This document shows, piece after piece, positions 60,834-64,000 of a stretch of DNA of 64,000 nt. Position 1 is the first letter of the stretch. Every line of letters starts with the position of its first letter. The notes under the pieces were generated by a model that was not told where the DNA came from, did no database searches, and saw nothing but the letters and a program-made list of their open reading frames with translations. The stretch covers positions 96,001 through 160,000 of the forward strand of contig OZ252287.1 in the NCBI GenBank assembly GCA_965250085.1, in the 5' to 3' direction. A program made the position numbers and the translations under genes. Origin of the DNA: Candidatus Altimarinota bacterium. GTDB taxonomy: Bacteria > Patescibacteriota > Gracilibacteria > CAIRYL01.

Positions 60834-61478
60834 ATGCCAGATTTTGATCTTACTGTCACGCGAAAAAAAGTAAAAAATATGCGATTAAAGATCTCTGCCA
60901 GAAATACTGTAGAACTCATACTTCCATATTTTCTCCCTAGGAAATTTGGACTTCGCTTTGTGGAACAAAAAAAAAACTGGATTCAGAAGCATTTACAGAA
61001 AAAAAAGATTCATATTCGAGAGAAATTTCAATATGGAGGAATATCTTATATTCCTGAGCTTTTTCGTAGCACTGCGCCAGGAGATATTATCTTCAGGGAA
61101 AAAAAAGTATGGATTGGTGCCAAGAACAAAAATGAAGCACAGAAGTGCTTTCAAAATTTTATAAAAAATAAGGCAAAAGAAATTTTGCCTCTAGAACTTA
61201 AATACTTGAGTAAGACAACTCGTGTTCAGTTTGCAAAAGTAACAGTGCGATCTCAAAAATCCCGATGGGGGAGTTGCAATCCTAAAGGGAATATTTCACT
61301 CAATAGCACTCTTCTTCAACTCGATCCAGAGGTGAGAGAATACGTGATGATTCATGAACTCTGTCATATCAAGGAAATGAATCATTCTGCTGCATTTTGG
61401 GAATTGGTGGAAAAATACTGTCCAGATTTCAGAATCCATCGAAAGAAACTCAGGACATATGCACTCACAGTTTTTTGA
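60834..61478 (+). CDS. YgjP/DUF45-like zinc metallohydrolase
   Basis: QKSRWGSC, YVMIHELCH and NHSAAFW. Confidence 0.88.
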   Translation: MPDFDLTVTRKKVKNMRLKISARNTVELILPYFLPRKFGLRFVEQKKNWIQKHLQKKKIHIREKFQYGGISYIPELFRSTAPGDIIFREKKVWIGAKNKNEAQKCFQNFIKNKAKEILPLELKYLSKTTRVQFAKVTVRSQKSRWGSCNPKGNISLNSTLLQLDPEVREYVMIHELCHIKEMNHSAAFWELVEKYCPDFRIHRKKLRTYALTVF

Positions 61479-61517
61479 TTCCACTTCTCATGCGTTTGTA
61501 TCTACTTCATATGAAGT

Positions 61518-61997
61518 TTATCCATCAAGAGTAGCTACCGGCACCACATCCCCTCCAGAGTGAAGAACGTAGTGAGTGCGTACCGATATCGAATGTCGTA
61601 TAACTTTTTGAGCAAAATCCAGAAGGTCCTCTCCATTTTTTGGAAGTGAGAATTTGATTTTAATACCTGTGTCATCTCCAGAAACAAAAATGCCATCTTT
61701 TTCAGGAATCATATCTTTGTTTTTTGGGAAGTAGAGTTTTGACCGATCTGATTCTGGAATGCTAAAAGTAAAACTGGAAATGTCTCTCTCATCCCAAATG
61801 GTAGCAGCATCAATAGGAAGAAGTTCACGTAACTCACCTCTTGTTGCCCCTGCAACAATGAGTATTTGAGGAAAATTACACACAACAATTTCATCTTGAT
61901 CCAAATGAAAATCTGAGTTGTAACAGCCTTGAATAAAACATATTTTTTCGAAACTCATTGGATCCCAGAAAAAGCTCATAGAGCCTATTTTTACCAA
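61518..61997 (-). CDS. Hypothetical protein
   Basis: 159-aa ORF filling the intergenic gap; no motif recognised. Confidence 0.5.
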   Translation of the reverse strand: MVKIGSMSFFWDPMSFEKICFIQGCYNSDFHLDQDEIVVCNFPQILIVAGATRGELRELLPIDAATIWDERDISSFTFSIPESDRSKLYFPKNKDMIPEKDGIFVSGDDTGIKIKFSLPKNGEDLLDFAQKVIRHSISVRTHYVLHSGGDVVPVATLDG

Positions 61998-62120
61998 TAA
62001 TTAGTATATTTGTCAAATATCTGCTGATAAAAGTACTCCTTAGTATGTTTTTTAAATTGATTTTTTCGCTTATTTATGAGAGAATAATGGGAAATGTTTG
62101 TTTTTCAAAACACATATCAA

Positions 62121-64000
62121 ATGCCAGACCAAGTACCTGTCCAACCAATGCCTGAAAATATGCCGCAAAATCCTGCTTCTCAGGGTGCTACAGAGCCTGT
62201 AATAGCATCAGAGGTTCCTCCAGCCCAAGCACCCTCAAACCAAACTCCGACAGCAATACCTCAGGGAGAGCCACTGATTTTGGAAGAAATACCAGAAAAA
62301 CGAGGATTTTTTGCACGACTTTTAGGAAAGAAGACTCGTGCAGAAAAAGTGGCACAACAAGAAGCCAAAACTATTGAATCTGCTGGAAAAAAGCACTCCA
62401 AAGGACTTACAAAAGAAGAAGAGCGTCGTATTAAAGAAGCAGAAAAAATGTATCGAGAAGGCATGACGACGATCAAAGATCTCATTGCTCCAAGTGCAAT
62501 GGAGGTAAATTTTGATCATGTCAAAATTGGAAATGTATATGCACGGAGTTTTTTTGTATATTCGTATCCACGATATATAGATGCGAACTGGCTTTCTCCC
62601 GTTATTAATTTGGACACAACACTTGATGTTTCTCTGTTTGTCTATCCAAGTAATTCGGCAGAAATCATGAAAACGCTTCGGAATAAAGTGGCACAAATGC
62701 AGTCGACCATGCATTTGAATCAGGAAAGGGGCATGGTGCGTGATCCGGCACTTGAAGCTTCACTGCAGGATGCAGAAGAACTCCGTGACAAACTCCAGCG
62801 CGGTCAGGAAAAATTCTTTCACTTTGCGTTGTATTTTACGATCTATTCTTCTGATTTAGAAAAACTCAAAAAAACACAAACACAGCTGGAATCCATTTTG
62901 GGAGGAAAACTTATTCTCACAAAAAGTGCAAACCTTCAGCAAGAACACGGATTCAACTCATGCCTTCCGACCTGTACTGATGAAGTGGAAGTGCTGCGTA
63001 ATATGAATACCTCACCTCTTTCCACGAGTTTTCCATTTACCAGTTCAGAACTCACTTCGAACGAAGGGATTCTCTATGGACTCAATCGCCATAATGATTC
63101 TCTGGTTATTTTTGATCGTTTCTCACTCGAAAATGCCAACTCAGTTATTTTTGCCAAATCTGGTGCGGGTAAATCATATGCAGTAAAACTTGAAATCCTT
63201 CGTTCACTTATGATGGGAACAGACGTGATTGTAATTGATCCGGAAAATGAATATGAAACACTCTGTGAAACAGTGGGAGGAAAAATTCTTAAGGTATCGC
63301 TCAATTCTGAACGACGTATCAACCCATTTGATCTTCCTATTCCTATTGAAGACCACGTCACCAAGCCGGGTGATCTGCTCCGTGCCAATATCATTACTCT
63401 TCATGGGTTGTTTAATCTCATGCTCGGGAAGCTGACGCCGACAGAGGAGGGGATTATGGACAAAGCGATGATCGACACCTACGCTCTCAAGGGAATTACT
63501 CTGGAAACTGAAGATCCGGGAGATATGGAGCCGCCCACCATGCAGGATTTGGCAGAAGTACTCGGCACTATGAAGGGAGCAGAAAGCCTGAAAGAACGTC
63601 TCCAGAAATTTACCACAGGAACATTTTCGGGTATTTTTAATCAGTCCACTAACATTGATCTTTCCGGAGGACTTGTTGTCTTTCAAATTCGTGACTTAGA
63701 AGAAGCACTGAGACCTATTGCAACATACATTATTCTCAATTTTATTTGGAATAGAGTACGCTCATCTCTCAAAAAGAGACTTTTGGTCGTAGATGAGGCA
63801 TGGATCCTGATGCAATATGAAGATTCTGCGAGATTTCTCTACGGACTGGTGAAACGAGCACGAAAGTACTATCTCGGTGTTACGACCATCACGCAGGATG
63901 TGGAGGATTTCCTCAATAGTGATTTTGGGAAACCAATTATTACGAACTCCTCAATGCAACTCCTCCTTAAGCAGTCACCAACCGCTGCTGAAGCACTCAC
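62121..64000 (+). CDS. VirB4-like ATPase, partial at the right window edge
   Basis: Manual translation from ATG at 62121 gives a Pro/Gln-rich N-terminus, DLIAPS, YGLNRHNDSLVIFDRF, FAKSGAGKS (Walker A), IDPENEY and VVDEAW (Walker B). Not in the ORF track. Confidence 0.9.
   Translation, partial: MPDQVPVQPMPENMPQNPASQGATEPVIASEVPPAQAPSNQTPTAIPQGEPLILEEIPEKRGFFARLLGKKTRAEKVAQQEAKTIESAGKKHSKGLTKEEERRIKEAEKMYREGMTTIKDLIAPSAMEVNFDHVKIGNVYARSFFVYSYPRYIDANWLSPVINLDTTLDVSLFVYPSNSAEIMKTLRNKVAQMQSTMHLNQERGMVRDPALEASLQDAEELRDKLQRGQEKFFHFALYFTIYSSDLEKLKKTQTQLESILGGKLILTKSANLQQEHGFNSCLPTCTDEVEVLRNMNTSPLSTSFPFTSSELTSNEGILYGLNRHNDSLVIFDRFSLENANSVIFAKSGAGKSYAVKLEILRSLMMGTDVIVIDPENEYETLCETVGGKILKVSLNSERRINPFDLPIPIEDHVTKPGDLLRANIITLHGLFNLMLGKLTPTEEGIMDKAMIDTYALKGITLETEDPGDMEPPTMQDLAEVLGTMKGAESLKERLQKFTTGTFSGIFNQSTNIDLSGGLVVFQIRDLEEALRPIATYIILNFIWNRVRSSLKKRLLVVDEAWILMQYEDSARFLYGLVKRARKYYLGVTTITQDVEDFLNSDFGKPIITNSSMQLLLKQSPTAAEAL

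Overview
AT-rich bacterial chromosome segment in the standard genetic code. The gene style (DUF4012 protein, stand-alone VirB4-like ATPase, long charged tails on core proteins) suggests a Patescibacteria/CPR organism; this is an inference. Housekeeping genes include greA, rpoD, dnaG, rplJL, ald, gap, ispDF, galU, typA, a cold-shock protein, a DEAD-box helicase, gpmA, tRNA-Gln, tsaB, dnaA and ribH. Mobile DNA comprises two apparently identical 710-bp IS1595-family copies with 8-bp TSDs, one IS30-family element and a RAYT transposase. The main accessory locus (42.7-54.8 kb) is a signal-peptide-bearing RCC1 protein plus a 2117-aa SpvB/FG-GAP/Rhs protein, followed by orphan toxin-tip and membrane immunity cassettes. 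Its Rhs coding sequences carry several in-frame insertions of short genomic repeat families, and two unrelated toxin tips end in the same acidic tag. Other notable items are an RNase P-like RNA apparently lacking helix P4, a promoter-hairpin-terminator sRNA antisense to an NYN nuclease, a Pif1 helicase gene bracketed by a 101-bp duplication of the DEAD-box gene start, a lone ketosynthase plus acyl-CoA dehydrogenase pair, and a membrane-anchored RelA/SpoT homolog with a degenerate synthetase. All calls come from reading the sequence by eye; no database searches were run.
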